From NCBI GenBank assembly GCA_963755915.1, contig CAVWLP010000003.1:192001-256000 (forward strand): DNA of 64,000 nt, written 5' to 3'. Positions 1-11,921 of this stretch are shown here, piece after piece (positions within the stretch are counted from its first letter, which is position 1; each line of letters starts with the position of its first letter). Under the pieces are notes generated by a model that was not told the origin of the DNA, ran no database searches, and worked only from the letters and a program-made list of their open reading frames with translations. The DNA comes from an uncultured Phycisphaerales bacterium (GTDB lineage: Bacteria; Planctomycetota; Phycisphaerae; Tepidisphaerales; Tepidisphaeraceae). A program made the position numbers and the translations under genes.

Positions 1-1
1 G

Positions 2-139
2 ATCGAAACGCACGGATGCGATCTGGTGGCCATGAGCACGCACGGGCATCAGTTCATTGCCGACATGGTTCTGGGGACAACCGCCAGCCGGGTGCAACAT
101 CAGATCAGTGTGCCGGTGCTGCTGCTGCGGGCGAAATAA
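2..139 (+). CDS. Universal stress protein, C-terminal part (5'-truncated by window edge)
   Basis: Manual translation IETHGCDLVAMSTHGHQFIADMVLGTTASRVQHQISVPVLLLRAK* matches the USP C-terminal motif (D-L-V-x-M-x-T-H-G...LG-T/S...PVL). Confidence 0.85.
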   Translation: METHGCDLVAMSTHGHQFIADMVLGTTASRVQHQISVPVLLLRAK

Positions 140-215
140 AACAGGCGAAATAAAATCGCAGTGGCGAATGGCGTTGCGATGGTTAAGCTGTTGGCCCTGA
201 AAAGAGCCGACGGTT

Positions 216-1601
216 ATGCTGCGGTTGCGACTGATATTTGTTTTTTTCGCGCTGGCGGTGGTCGGCGGATGTGCATCGTCACATCGCACCCCCCCGCCGC
301 TGATTCTTACCGCGGCGCAGATCACCGCAAGTTACTATCCGGGAACCCCCCTTTCGGGCCCGCAGGCCGGCGAGCTCAAAAACATCTCCTTTGACGATTC
401 GCTCGATGTGCGTGCGCGATGGTTTGTGCTCGAGCATTTCGACGTGACGCAGCTTCCGCTGCTGGCGTCGCAGGCTCGGCTGATCACATCGCGGCCTAGC
501 GGTTTGGCCGTCGTCCCGGCAGGAACTTTGACGGCCGATGCCCGCCTAGTCTGGACTGACGTTTCGCCCGATCCACTGCTGGGCGCGGGGCGAAGTGCGC
601 CGATCGGGGCCTCCCGCGGGGCTTTGCCATCGGGTGGCACGGTTGCATTTCGCGCGATCGACGGCGCGGGCTGGGCCGATCAGACCCTCAATCGGCCGCA
701 GCCTAGATATCTGGAGGTGGCGCTCACTCATCTGGCACAGGCCGGCGGCGCTGGTGCGGTTCAGATCGGATTCACGGTTCAGGACAATCCGCCCGGAGCG
801 GCTACATCCGGCGTTTTCCAGACGGAGACGGCCATTGTCGAGCATCCTCTATCGCCGGCGGCGCTGAACCTTTTTATTGCCGTGCCGTTTAAGTTTACCG
901 CAACGAATACGCACGCCGTCGCGGCGATCCTCACGATTTCGCCCCATCCGGCCGATGCGGACTTCGCGAAACTGGTGGATGCCGCGAAGTCCGAACTTGC
1001 GTCGCCCCGGCCGATGGAAAATTCCGGGCCGGCGTGGGCGATGGGATTGCAGCGGGCGATGGAAGCGCTGGGTGATCCCGCGCATCGGCGAGCGGCGCTG
1101 ATTTTTCTGGCCGGCCAGAGCGATGCCGACATTTGCCTCGATGTGGTTTGCGTATGCGACGACTCGATGCTGGAGCAGATTGCCGATTCGGTTCGCAAGG
1201 ACGGGCCGGCGGCGCTTCAGGAGCCGACGCTGGACCAGTTTGGGTGGATCATGGACCGGTCGTCGATCGCGGCGATGCAGCCGCTACTGGCGAAGGCGAC
1301 GCTGCCGCCGGAGCTATTTGAGGTGCTGACGCTGCACATGGGGGAGCCGGGGCGTCATGCGGCGGCGGTGGATGAGATCATGCATGCGGCGTCGAGCAAA
1401 AAGGATTTGCAGGATCGGCTGCTGGCGGAGAATTTTATTTATCTTGAGGACAGCTCGCCGGCCGCGCGGGTGCGATCGTTTGACTGGCTGAAGGCGCGGC
1501 ATTTGGAGCCGGCGGGTTTCGATCCGCTGGCGTCGCCGAAGGACAGACGGTTGGCGCTGGACAAGGCCCTGGATGCCGAGCAGGCGGGAGGGGCGCAATG
1601 A
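216..1601 (+). CDS. Hypothetical lipoprotein
   Basis: 461-aa ORF with hydrophobic signal and lipobox-like AVVGGC. Its stop overlaps the start of the next gene (ATGA). Confidence 0.75.
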   Translation: MLRLRLIFVFFALAVVGGCASSHRTPPPLILTAAQITASYYPGTPLSGPQAGELKNISFDDSLDVRARWFVLEHFDVTQLPLLASQARLITSRPSGLAVVPAGTLTADARLVWTDVSPDPLLGAGRSAPIGASRGALPSGGTVAFRAIDGAGWADQTLNRPQPRYLEVALTHLAQAGGAGAVQIGFTVQDNPPGAATSGVFQTETAIVEHPLSPAALNLFIAVPFKFTATNTHAVAAILTISPHPADADFAKLVDAAKSELASPRPMENSGPAWAMGLQRAMEALGDPAHRRAALIFLAGQSDADICLDVVCVCDDSMLEQIADSVRKDGPAALQEPTLDQFGWIMDRSSIAAMQPLLAKATLPPELFEVLTLHMGEPGRHAAAVDEIMHAASSKKDLQDRLLAENFIYLEDSSPAARVRSFDWLKARHLEPAGFDPLASPKDRRLALDKALDAEQAGGAQ

Positions 1602-4600
1602 GCGAAACGCCGACGCCTGCCGAAAAATCGAAGGCAACGCGCAAGCCGGGGCGCTGGCGGCGGAGATTGATCTGGGCACTTTGTATTTTTATCGCGCTGG
1701 TGCTGGCGTTGCGGGTTTCGGTGTCGATTCTTCTTCCGGCGGTGCTGAACAAGATCGCCAAGTCGTATGACCTGACGTGCGATTACGACCGGCTCGATCT
1801 GAACATGCTGGGGGGCAACGCGTCGATCTGGGGATTGCGGTTTACGCCGCGCGAGGGAGGGGATCCGATTTTCAGCGCGGATTATTGTCAGGGAGACATC
1901 TCGATTCTCAAGCTTTTTAGGGGACGGCTGGTGGTTTATCGGGTGGCCGCGGATGGGGTTGATACGACGATCGAGCGCACGGCCGATGGGCGGATTCCGC
2001 TGTTGGCACGATTTACATCATCCTCCTCGCCTCCGCCCCAGGCGATGGCAACTTCCTCGCAGCCGCAGCCGATCGAGCTTCAGCCGCCGCTGCGGATCGA
2101 CGCCCTGCGGCTCGAGCATATTCGCGCTAGGTTTCACGATGAATTTGTGAAGCCTGAAGTGGACACGCGCATGGCGCTGGACCTGCGGGTGAACGACCTG
2201 GGAACGGCCGGCGAGCCGACGCGATTTGAGCTGGATTTCTCGTCGACGCCGATTCTCGACACTTTGCAGATTTACGGCCGGGGTAATGGGGATGGAAAGA
2301 GCCTGAGCGCCGATCTGCACGTGGTGATGCGCGGGCTGCATCCCAAGCCCGTTGCGGGGTATCTGGCGCAGGTTGGATTGCGGCCTACCGCGGATGATAT
2401 TTCCGCTTCGATTGACGGAACGATTTCGGCACAGGTTAATCCGAATGCCGCCGACGGGCTGAAGGGGAATCTGACGCTGACGGGTGGGCTGATCACGTGC
2501 GACGGACGGACGGCGGCGGCGCTGGATCGGCTGTCGCTGGATGCGGATTCGATCACGCCCGGATCGGCAAAGCTCGCGGGGTTGGGAATCAGCGGCGTTC
2601 GCGTGTTTGCGGGGCAGAATCCGGCGGGGAATCTGGCGGCGCTGGGGATGGAGGTGGTCGCGACGACTCAACCGGCCACTCCCCCGCCATCACCCGCCAT
2701 GTCCCCCTCTCCATCGAATTTCCGGTGGAGCCTGGCGCAGTTCACGCTTGAGGATCTGCACGCGGGATTCGGCGATGATTCGGTTTCGCCGCCGGTTTCG
2801 ACGGGGCTGGACGTTCACCAACTGAAGCTTGGCAATCTGGTTTGCGATCCGGCCAATCCCAATGCCCAGGCGGATTTTTCGGCCGATCTTTCCGCGGCGG
2901 GGATCGTGCGCTCGATTCAGGTCAAGGGACAGGTGGAGCCGTTTGCGGCGAAGAGGCCGTTTCTGGTGACACTGGATGCGGCTGGGATCGCGCCTGATGC
3001 GATTGCCCCGTACCTGCGAGCCGTCGGGCTTGAATCGGAGTGGAAAAACGGAAGTCTCAGTGTAGCGGCTGATGGAACGGTTCAAAGCGGCCAGAACGGA
3101 AATCTGACGGCATCGGCGCATCTGGCCAAGTTCACACTTTCCGATCAGGACAAGCTGCTGGACATCGGCGATACGAGGATCACCGGGGCCACGCTTGAGC
3201 CGGCTACAAATACGATTCACATCGGCGCGATCGAAATCAACGGACCCACGGTTGCCGCCCGGCGCGATTCAGATGCGAACATCCATCTCCTGGGCTTTAA
3301 GACGACAACCCAGCCTTCGCAAACCGTGGCGAGCCAGGCGCCGTCCCCGGTGCAATCCCCGGCCGCGCCGGCGCTTCTGCCCAATATCGAGCTCGATCAT
3401 TTCGCGTGGAGAAATATTCACGTAAATGTCTCCGATTTCGCGGTCCGGCCTCCCACCAGCATCAATATCTCCGACGCCGGCCTCACCGCGGACAACATCG
3501 GCATCTATCTCAACGGATATCCCCACCCTGACAGGCACGGGACGATCAAGGGTTGGCTGAGCGTTCCCGGCGTCGCGTCAAACGCCGAGCTGGCGGGAAC
3601 CATCGACGGGGTGGCACGCAGACGAGCATTGCAGTGAATTTGTCGGCTGCGGGGATCGCCGGCGACAGCATCGCCCCCTACCTGCGTGCTGCGGGGGTAC
3701 AGCCGACCTGGAAGGACGCATCGTTGAGCCTGCACACGCGGGTTGATGTCGCCTATACGGACGGCGCCGTGAAGACGTCCGTCAGCGCGGCGGATGTTAA
3801 ATTTTCCGACGGCGTTCAAACGCTGGCGTCGGTCGCATCGTTTGGCATCAGCGGCGCGGAGGCACAACCGAGCGGGGTGAGTGCCGACAGCATTGATATT
3901 GAGTCGCCGCGAATTCGGGCCGAGCGGCTGGCGGATGGAACGCTTGATGTTGCCGGCGTGCGCGTTGTTCCTGTGCCCCCGCCGCCCCCTCCCGCGCCGC
4001 TTGCGGCTGCGACCCAGCCCGCCGCGCCGAGCGCTTCACCGCTGACACTCGATCTGGGCGAACTGCGGCTTAGGAACGCCGCCCTGGATTGGAGCGATTC
4101 CGCCGTGCGCCCGGCGGTCAATATCGCACCGACGCTTAACGCCGACATCCAGAATTTTCATTTGGGTGGCTCGACGCCGGCTTCTCTGCAAATCTCGGCC
4201 GCGATTCCCGGGACGCTGGATAACCTCTCGGCCAATGGCACGCTCGGCCTCTCTCTCGATCATCAATCGCTGGATCTGCACGTTCTGGGAAATGGCATTC
4301 GCGCCGGCCCCGCGGCCGCCTATTTGCCGCCGGGGATCGAATCGACCCTGAAAAACGGCTCCGTTCGCGCAGCGATCGATTTCTCCGGCGCGGCAAACCC
4401 CGCCGGCGGGCAGACGCTGGAGGCCAGTGTCTCCGGTATGGATTTCCGTGAGCAGGGCTCCGCTTCGTCCCTGGTTGATTTCGATTCATTTCACGTCAAA
4501 GTCGCGCGCCTCGATCCTTCCGCCAAGGTGGTCGCGGTCGACGATGTGACGCTGAAGAATCTTGACGCCGGTGCCAGAAAAACTGCGGATGGGATTGAAT

Positions 4601-6786
4601 TCCTGGGGCTGAATATTACGCCGGTGAATTCTTCAACCGCCGCGGCCGATCCACCCCCGCCGCCAGCAAATGCTCCGCCGATGGCGACGCGGCCCAGCGG
4701 CAACATTCTTGCCCAGATCGCACAGCAGCGGAACAAATACCCGCTTATTTCTTTGGCCAGCCTCGATCTTGGCATCCGACATTTAGATTATCTCGACGAG
4801 ACGACGCCGAGCGCCGCTCCGCTGGTCGTTTCCGATTTGCACGTGCGAAACAAGCACAAGATTATTCTCCTTGGCCGGGATACCGAGACCAATCCACCGA
4901 CGGATCTTGAAATCACCGGGCACGTCGCGCCTGTTGCGGACGATCTGAAAGTCGATCTGCACGCCACGCCGTTTGCGAAACAGAAGACGCTCGGCGTCGA
5001 ATTGTCTGTTTCTGGAATACATGGCAAGGGGCTGGTTGCGTTTCAGCCGCAACTGGCTTCCAGGATCGATGCGGATGGTTTGAAATCCGGGCAGTTGACG
5101 GCAGATTTCAATGCCGCCCTGACGCTCAAAACTGTCGAACCGACTGATTTTAATCTTGGCTATGGCGGGAAGCTGGATTTCGACGCGCACGACATCGCCT
5201 TTCGTGCCGAGCCAAGTGGTCCCGTCCTGGCGGGCGTTGGTGAAATTCGCTCGGAAGGGATCGTCATCAAGCCCGATTCCGCCGGCGTGGAGGCTCGCGA
5301 ACTGGAGATCGACAATATCGTCGGGCAGGCGATGCGAGACAACCAGGGCATTCACGCCCTGGGATTGACGATCAAAACCCCGCCGCCGGCGACGACGCAG
5401 CCGGCGGGAAAGTCGGTCGCCGCTGCTTCTGACCCGCCGGCAGTGGCACCGACAAGTGAGGCGGCCAAATCCGAAATAAAGATCGATCGACTCCTGGTCA
5501 GCGGGATGAATTTCCGCTTCCAGGATCGGACTGCGACTCCGACTTTTGACTTCCCGATCAACGGGCTTGACCTGGAAGCGCAGGGGCTTTCGAACCTTGC
5601 GGTCTCCCAGCCGATTCCGATTCGCTATAGTCTGCTGGTTTCCGCGGACAGGGTGCCGCTGCCTTCACAGCAGGCGGGGTTTGACAAACTGGAAAACCGG
5701 CAGCTTTTTTCGCAGGTCACCAGTGACGGAGATGTGACGCTTTATCCGAACCTGAAGGGGTGGGCAAAAGCCTCGCTCAACGGGTTTGAGCTGACTAGCC
5801 TTTATGGGATTGCCGAGCAGGAGAAAGTGAAGCTTGGCGGCGGCACCTTCGATGCCGACATCGACGCACGTTTTCCGGGCGACGGGTCGGTTGACAGCAG
5901 TACGAAGCTGGTGCTTACCGATCTTTCGCTTTCGGAGCCGCCGGATGGGATTATTCGAAGAACCCTCAAGCTTCCGGCCCCACTGGACGTGGTGATCATC
6001 GCCCTTCAGGACCAGGACGGCTCGATTACGATTCCGCTGAACGTCGTCTTCGCCCAGGGCAACCTCGACACCGGCGCGGTGGCCGCGTCGGGCGTCGGCG
6101 CTCTTGGCGAAGTCATCGCGACGGCGCTGGCGTCGGCGCCGTTGAAGGTCGTCAACCTGATCGGACTTGGCGGCCCGCACGCCAACGCCCAGCCGCCGGT
6201 CGTGGTGAGTTTTCCACCGGGCTACAGCGATTTGCTTCCCGATGAGGTGGCAGTTCTCAATGGGCTGGTCAAGCGCCTGAAGGACGACAAGTCGCTGGAT
6301 GTTACGCTTCGCCACGATCTGGGCAGCGAAGACATCGCGCTGGTGAGCCAGCGGTCCAATCCCACATCGGACGACGCCCTTGCCCTGGCCAACGACCTGA
6401 ACCTCCAGCGCGACCAGCTCATGGCGGCAAGGCTGAGCGCTTCCAGCGATGTGCGGGCGTTTACCGCCTCCGATGACGCTGCAAATGCCGGGCGGGCGCG
6501 GCAGCGGCTGCGCACGATCAATTCCCAGCTTGCGCAGACGGAAGATTCCCTGGACCACGTCTACGACCTGCTTCGCCCCGGCGCCGACCGGCAGGCGATG
6601 CGACGAACGCGTTTTGCCGGCCTGACGATCGCCAGGGCGCGACTGGAGGCCGTGCGCCGTTATCTTCTCACCGCCGGGGGAAAGCATCTCGCGCCCGAGC
6701 GGATTCACGTGGCGAATCCGCAGTTCAATCCGTCTGCGCCGGATCAGCCGGGGAGGGTGACGATCGTGGTGGTGAAGAGTAAGTAA
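1598..6786 (+). CDS. Large DUF748/AsmA-like repeat protein with N-terminal TM anchor and OmpA-like C-terminal region; one frameshift near 3610
   Basis: ORFs 1598-3637 and 3553-6786 share repeated beta-rich units (IAPYLRA.G....WK..SLS) and join at a G-run (IDG/GGTQ). The C-terminus has LQDQDGSITIPLNV and FPPG..L...L..L...L. Confidence 0.75.
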
Positions 6787-7059
6787 AGGTAAGGCGGGCG
6801 AATCCAAATCACAGGTTGTGATTTTGAGATCACAAATTGTGACCTCAAATTTCGGCGGCGGCAACCCGTGCATCCCACCTCGCGGGTGTCGCGAACCTCA
6901 TCGGGCCAGCCAAGTGCTCACGCGGCGGCACCGCCCATGACATACGAGTCACCGGATCTCCTCGTCACCAAAACCGTAATCGAAAATAATCCTCTTACCA
7001 ATTCTTATCGAACCCCGAAAACTTGCGTAGAAAACCCAAGCGAGGAGGATCAGTGCAAT

Positions 7060-7141
7060 TGGGCGCGGAAGGATTCGAACCTTCGAAGGCAGAGCCATCA
7101 GATTTACAGTCTGACCCGTTTGACCACTTCGGTACACGCCC
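7060..7141 (-). tRNA. tRNA-Tyr (GTA)
   Basis: The reverse complement GGGCGTGTACCGAAGTGGTCAAACGGGTCAGACTGTAAATCTGATGGCTCTGCCTTCGAAGGTTCGAATCCTTCCGCGCCCA folds as a cloverleaf with a long variable arm. CCA is not encoded. Confidence 0.97.
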
Positions 7142-7269
7142 GAAAGAATTCCGCCCTTTCAGCGGGGGCAGGATTATCTCTGACGGCCATCGCGGTTGCA
7201 ATACGCGCAGGGACCCCCTCTTTTGGGCCGGCAGCCCGAATGAAACGGTCAGGGCCGGTCTTCGCGAAA

Positions 7270-7566
7270 TCAGCTACTCTTGGTGATCGTCGCGGCAGCG
7301 GCGGCCATGGCCTCCGATACCGCGGCGAATTGCGGCTCCGGCTCGCCAGTCTGGTGGAACAGCTCCCCTTCTTCCACCTGAAGCTGGTCCGGACGCAGCA
7401 GTGCCCGGGTTTGGTAATCGTGACCGATCTGATGGAACTCAACTTCGTACGCAACAGACGGCGCGAACCAAGTGCTCCGGACGACGCCAATTTCGCCCCG
7501 GCTCAGCGAAAGTTCTGGAATGTCCAGGGTGAGCCGAACAAAATCATCAACGTGCGGCGATCTCAT
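7270..7566 (-). CDS. DUF4926-like small protein
   Basis: D.VRL..DIPE..L.RGEIG.V.......AYEVEF pattern; GGAG RBS upstream. Confidence 0.7.
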   Translation of the reverse strand: MRSPHVDDFVRLTLDIPELSLSRGEIGVVRSTWFAPSVAYEVEFHQIGHDYQTRALLRPDQLQVEEGELFHQTGEPEPQFAAVSEAMAAAAATITKSS

Positions 7567-7707
7567 GGCATCCTCCGTGAATGCTGCTTCACTAAAACAA
7601 CCAATCCATGAACTCTATGCTTCGCTCGCCTCCGAGGTAACGATCAAAATAAACCATTTTTTTGTAGTCGCAATAGAAATGCGCGGAATTCCCTCTATTT
7701 TAACGCC

Positions 7708-8817
7708 GTGAGCCGCTTGAAGCAGACTTCTCTTGCCCGACTCTCCGGATTGGCGCCCAGGCTTCTCCGCTGGTACGACCGGCAGCGCCGCGATCTTCCC
7801 TGGCGGCCACCGCCGGGAAAGCGGTTGCTTCCCGAGCCCTACGCCGTGCTCGTCAGCGAATTTATGCTCCAGCAGACGCAAGTGGCGACGGTTGTTCCCT
7901 ACTTTCGGCGATTCCTGGAGAAATTCCCTACCATCCAGTCGCTGGCGGCGGCGGGGGAACAGGATGTCCTTCGCCTCTGGCAGGGGCTCGGCTACTACTC
8001 CCGCGCCCGCAACCTTTTGGGGGCGGCACGCAAGGTCGTTTCCGATTTCGGCGGCCAGGTTCCCCGCTTGCCCGAGCAGTTGCGCTCCCTTCCCGGGGTT
8101 GGCCCCTACACGGCCGGCGCGATCGCCTCCATCGCGTTCGATTGCCGCGCCCCCATCCTCGACGGCAACGTCTCGCGCGTTCTGTGCCGGATCGAAAAAA
8201 TAACCGGGGACCCACGGCGTCCCGATACCGCAAAACGCCTGTGGCAAATTGCCAAGGAGATACTCCCCCGCCGCCGATGCGGCGAGTTCAACTCCGCGCT
8301 GATGGAGCTTGGGGCGGTCATCTGTACGCCTCGCCACCCGGCGTGCAACGAGTGCCCGGTCCTCGGCTTATGCAAAGCTGCGGCGGCGGGAGTGCAGGAA
8401 AAGATCCCCCCACCGCGCCGGGCTCCGCCGGTTCCTCTGGAAAAACGGTGGACGATCTGCGTTTGCCGTGGGGACGAATACCTGATTGAGCGCCGCCCCA
8501 GTCGCGGCCGGTGGGCGGGACTGTGGCAGTTTCCGACCCTCGAGGCCAACGGATCGCTACCTTCCGCGGGCGCGATCGCAAAGCAAATTGGACTGCCCCT
8601 CGATCGACTGACCCGGATTGGCGAAATCCGGCACGCCCTTACCCATCGCCGATATGAGTTTACGGCATTCAGCGCAATCGCGGACGGCCAAACCGTCAGT
8701 TCCTCACCAGAACTATCACAAGATCGACGATGGGTTCGCCTCGAGAACCTTGACGAATATCCCCTCTCCCGCCCGCAAATCCGGATCGCCCAAATGCTTC
8801 GGGATTCACGAGCCTGA
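7708..8817 (+). CDS. mutY: A/G-specific adenine glycosylase
   Basis: RDLPWR, VSEFMLQQTQV, WQGLGYYSRARNL, HhH LPGVGPYTA, DGNV, Fe-S motif C-x6-C-x2-C-x5-C, NUDIX-like C-terminus. Confidence 0.96.
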   Translation: MSRLKQTSLARLSGLAPRLLRWYDRQRRDLPWRPPPGKRLLPEPYAVLVSEFMLQQTQVATVVPYFRRFLEKFPTIQSLAAAGEQDVLRLWQGLGYYSRARNLLGAARKVVSDFGGQVPRLPEQLRSLPGVGPYTAGAIASIAFDCRAPILDGNVSRVLCRIEKITGDPRRPDTAKRLWQIAKEILPRRRCGEFNSALMELGAVICTPRHPACNECPVLGLCKAAAAGVQEKIPPPRRAPPVPLEKRWTICVCRGDEYLIERRPSRGRWAGLWQFPTLEANGSLPSAGAIAKQIGLPLDRLTRIGEIRHALTHRRYEFTAFSAIADGQTVSSSPELSQDRRWVRLENLDEYPLSRPQIRIAQMLRDSRA

Positions 8818-10892
8818 TTGCTTCCGGCCGGGGCACCACGCTTTCCACATTTCGCGAAGTGCAGCTTCGACACCGGCGGCGTACCCCTTGCCATCCATCA
8901 AACATGAGCTGCCCATCCGGTGTCGCATTCCTTCCCTCATCCCGGACAGTCGTCCGGCGTCTGCAGCAAGATGAGCGGCAATCTGCACATACTCTTCGGG
9001 ACTCTGGGCGATCAATTCCGTGAGACCCAAACTGGTGAGAATGCTGCACCCGCCGCGCAAATCGGCGTTGGCCCAGAAAGCGTCACCACCGGCACCCCCA
9101 TCCAGAGGGCATCGCAGGTTGTTATCCCCCCGCAAAACGGAAAGGGATCGAGCGCGATGTCGATCCGGTGATACGTTCGCATATAAACGCCCATGGGTTG
9201 GCGGCTTACGAATTCCAGCCGGCTGGGATCGACGCCCTTCTTCCCGAATCTCTCCGCCAGCACCTGGCGGTGCTTGCCGGCGTCCACATTCAGGAGCAAT
9301 CGCGATCCCTGAACACGAGTGAGAATCGCCGCCCACAGTTCCTGGACATCGGTCGACGCCTTGGAGAATTTGTTCAGACAACCGAAGGTGATGTGCCCGG
9401 CAGCCAGAACCGGCAAAGGGGCGACATCGATTTCCTGGCCGATGAGGGGCTCGTAACACCAAAAGCAATGCCGCAGGCGAATGGGCTTCTCGACGAAATC
9501 ATTTTCACCGGCGCCGGGGGGATCGAGGCAGGCGTCGGTGATTCGGTAGTCGATCGCGCTCAGTCCGGAGCCGCCGGGATAAGCGAGAAACGTCGCCTGC
9601 ACGGGCGCGGGTTTGCGGGCCATGACCGGCAGCCGGTTATCCGCGGTGTGAAGCGAGAGATCGACGAGGATATCGATGCGATCTTCGCGGATCCGGCCGG
9701 CTACTTCATCGTCCGGCCTGCCCCACACGTTTCGCCAGTGATTTGAGTGCGCACGCAGCAACCCGGTAACGTCATCCGCCCGCTCGATGTTGGCGTAGCA
9801 AAAGACCTCGACGGCAGCCGGATCGTGGTTCTTCAGCAGGGGAATCAGGCAGTTTGCCATCGGGTGCAGCCGAAAATCCGCGGAGAGATACCCGACCCGC
9901 AGCCTGCGATGCGGATCGGGATCGTTGGAATGCGAAACCCATTTCGCCCGCAGCGGCCGCTCGAACCGATCGGCGAAACGGCGCGTCTCGGCCAAAATCG
10001 TCTGCGCATCGCAAATCGGCGAAAAATGCATCGCGAAAATGAGGTTGCTGTGAAGCGCCGGCGAATCGGGTCGCAATTCCAGCGCCTTACGACTTTCGGC
10101 AATCGACCCCTCCACATCCCCAATTTCCCGCAGCGCCGCGGCAAGGTTGCTGTGCGCCTCGGCGAGATTCGGTTCGATTTCCAGCGCGCGCTGGTAGCAT
10201 TCCGCCGCCTGTTCGAGATCGCCCATCTGGCCGCGAACGAGCCCCAGGCTGAGATACGCCCTGGCAAAGCGCGGATTCAGCTCAATGGCCTTGCGAAGAT
10301 GCTTCATCGCTTCCTCGCCTCGCCCGACTTTCGACAGTGCTGTGCCGAGGTTGCTATGGGCCTCGGCCAACTGAGGATCCAGCCCGATGGCGCGGCGCAG
10401 CGACGCAATCGCGTCCTCAAATCGGCAGCCGATTCCCTGAAGCAACCCCAGACGGTTGAAAGCCTGCGGATCGCCGGGCATAAGCTCGGCAAGGCGCTGA
10501 TAGCACTGGATCGCCTCGTCGATTTTTCCCGCTTCGCGAGACGCGTTTCCCAGATTCTTCCAAGCGATGGGAGAATCGGGCCGAAGCTCAACCGCGCGGC
10601 GAAACGAAGCCAGCGCCGCATCGAGCTGCCCCGCCTGGCGGAGGACGATGCCGAGGTTGTTATGGGCTTCGGAATAGTCGGGCTTCAGCTCGACGACGCG
10701 CCGCCCCAGCTCGATGGCCTCGTTTGTTCGCCCCCGCTGCCCCTGCACAATCGTCAATAAATAGAGCGCCCCGAGGTGATCCGGAGCATGCGAAAGAATC
10801 TGCCGGCAGATCGATTCCGCCTGCTCCAGCCGGCCGTTGCGATGATGATCGCCGGCCAGGACCATCGCCTGATCGAGAGTCAAATCGGCCAT
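8806..10892 (-). CDS. TPR-containing O-GlcNAc/O-fucose transferase-like protein (SPINDLY/GT41); frameshift near 9055
   Basis: Multiple TPRs, then RLRVGYLSADF, DILVDLSLHT, PAPVQ, DIALDPFPFCGGITTCDALWMGVPVVTL. The C-terminus continues in the frame of ORF 8806-9468. Confidence 0.9.
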
Positions 10893-10916
10893 CTCGTCCC
10901 CGCCGTTCAGGGAATC

Positions 10917-11921
10917 TCAAACCGCCCCGGCTAGTTGGGCAATCACGACTCCGGTGTTCACGTTCGCATCGAGATATTTCTCCGCCTGCGCGATCGCGTC
11001 GATGGCGGCGCAGGCCCGCTCGGTGGTTTGCGGATTGGTCAGCCGCTGGCGAATCCGCCGGGCGGCGATGCCCAGATAGAGGCCAAGCGCCACGCGCATG
11101 GTGGTGTCCTTGCTGGCAAACTCGTCGCGGTCCAGCACCTTCTGCGTATAGATCTCGGCGCTGCTCCGCAAAGTCTCGGCCAGGTCGCTTCCTTTTCCGG
11201 CCATGGCCGCGTCTACCGCTCCGGCAACCGCCGAGACGGAATCCATCAGCCCCTCTTCGATCCAGCGCAGCGCCACGCCCAGCGAGCCCTCGGCCAGTTC
11301 TGCCGCCTGGGCTGCGGTTGCGGGATTCGATCCGCGCAGCTTCAACTGATTGACGACGAGATCCATCGGCAAGCTCGCGAACTGAAAAATCCGGCACCTG
11401 CTCCGAATCGTCGGCAGCAATTCCCCGGCGTGCGTCGTCAGCAGAATAATCAGCGCCCGACCCGCCGGCTCTTCCAGGGTTTTCAAAAGCGCGTTCTGCG
11501 CCGCGGGCGTCATCAATTCCGCCTGCTCGATCACGAAGACTTTCCCCTTCCCCATGACCGTCTTTCGCCCGGCCGGCTCGGCGACGCTGTGGCGGATGAC
11601 CTGGATGGAAACCTGCGTCGCCTTGCTCGTGCCGCTCTTGTCGTAAACGCGAGCCAGTTCCTTGGTCACCACGTGATAATCCGGATGAGCATTGGCTGCG
11701 ATCGCCCGGCAGCTTTCGCATTTTCCGCAGGCGTCGTCCCTGGTCGGCGTCTGGCAAAGAAAAAACGCCGCCAGCGCCGCCGCCGTCGTTCCCTTGCCGA
11801 TGCCTTGGGGACCGGCAAAGACCAGCCCATGCGCCAGCCGATCCACCGACATCGCCCCGCGAAGATCGGCGATCACCGCATCCTGTCCGAATATATCTTT
11901 CAGCCGGGTCATAAGGCTCAT
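10917..11921 (-). CDS. holB: DNA polymerase III subunit delta'
   Basis: GPQGIGK, zinc motif CGKCESC, HPD, AQNALLKTLEEP, LPTIRSRC; coupled to tmk. Confidence 0.93.
   Translation of the reverse strand: MSLMTRLKDIFGQDAVIADLRGAMSVDRLAHGLVFAGPQGIGKGTTAAALAAFFLCQTPTRDDACGKCESCRAIAANAHPDYHVVTKELARVYDKSGTSKATQVSIQVIRHSVAEPAGRKTVMGKGKVFVIEQAELMTPAAQNALLKTLEEPAGRALIILLTTHAGELLPTIRSRCRIFQFASLPMDLVVNQLKLRGSNPATAAQAAELAEGSLGVALRWIEEGLMDSVSAVAGAVDAAMAGKGSDLAETLRSSAEIYTQKVLDRDEFASKDTTMRVALGLYLGIAARRIRQRLTNPQTTERACAAIDAIAQAEKYLDANVNTGVVIAQLAGAV

Noticed and set aside
131-155. GCGAAATAAAA direct repeat at the USP stop
   Set aside because: A single 11-bp duplication, too little to interpret.
6816-6835. CRP/FNR site TGTGA...TCACA
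   Set aside because: The spacer is 8 nt rather than 6, and the site lies between convergent 3' ends.
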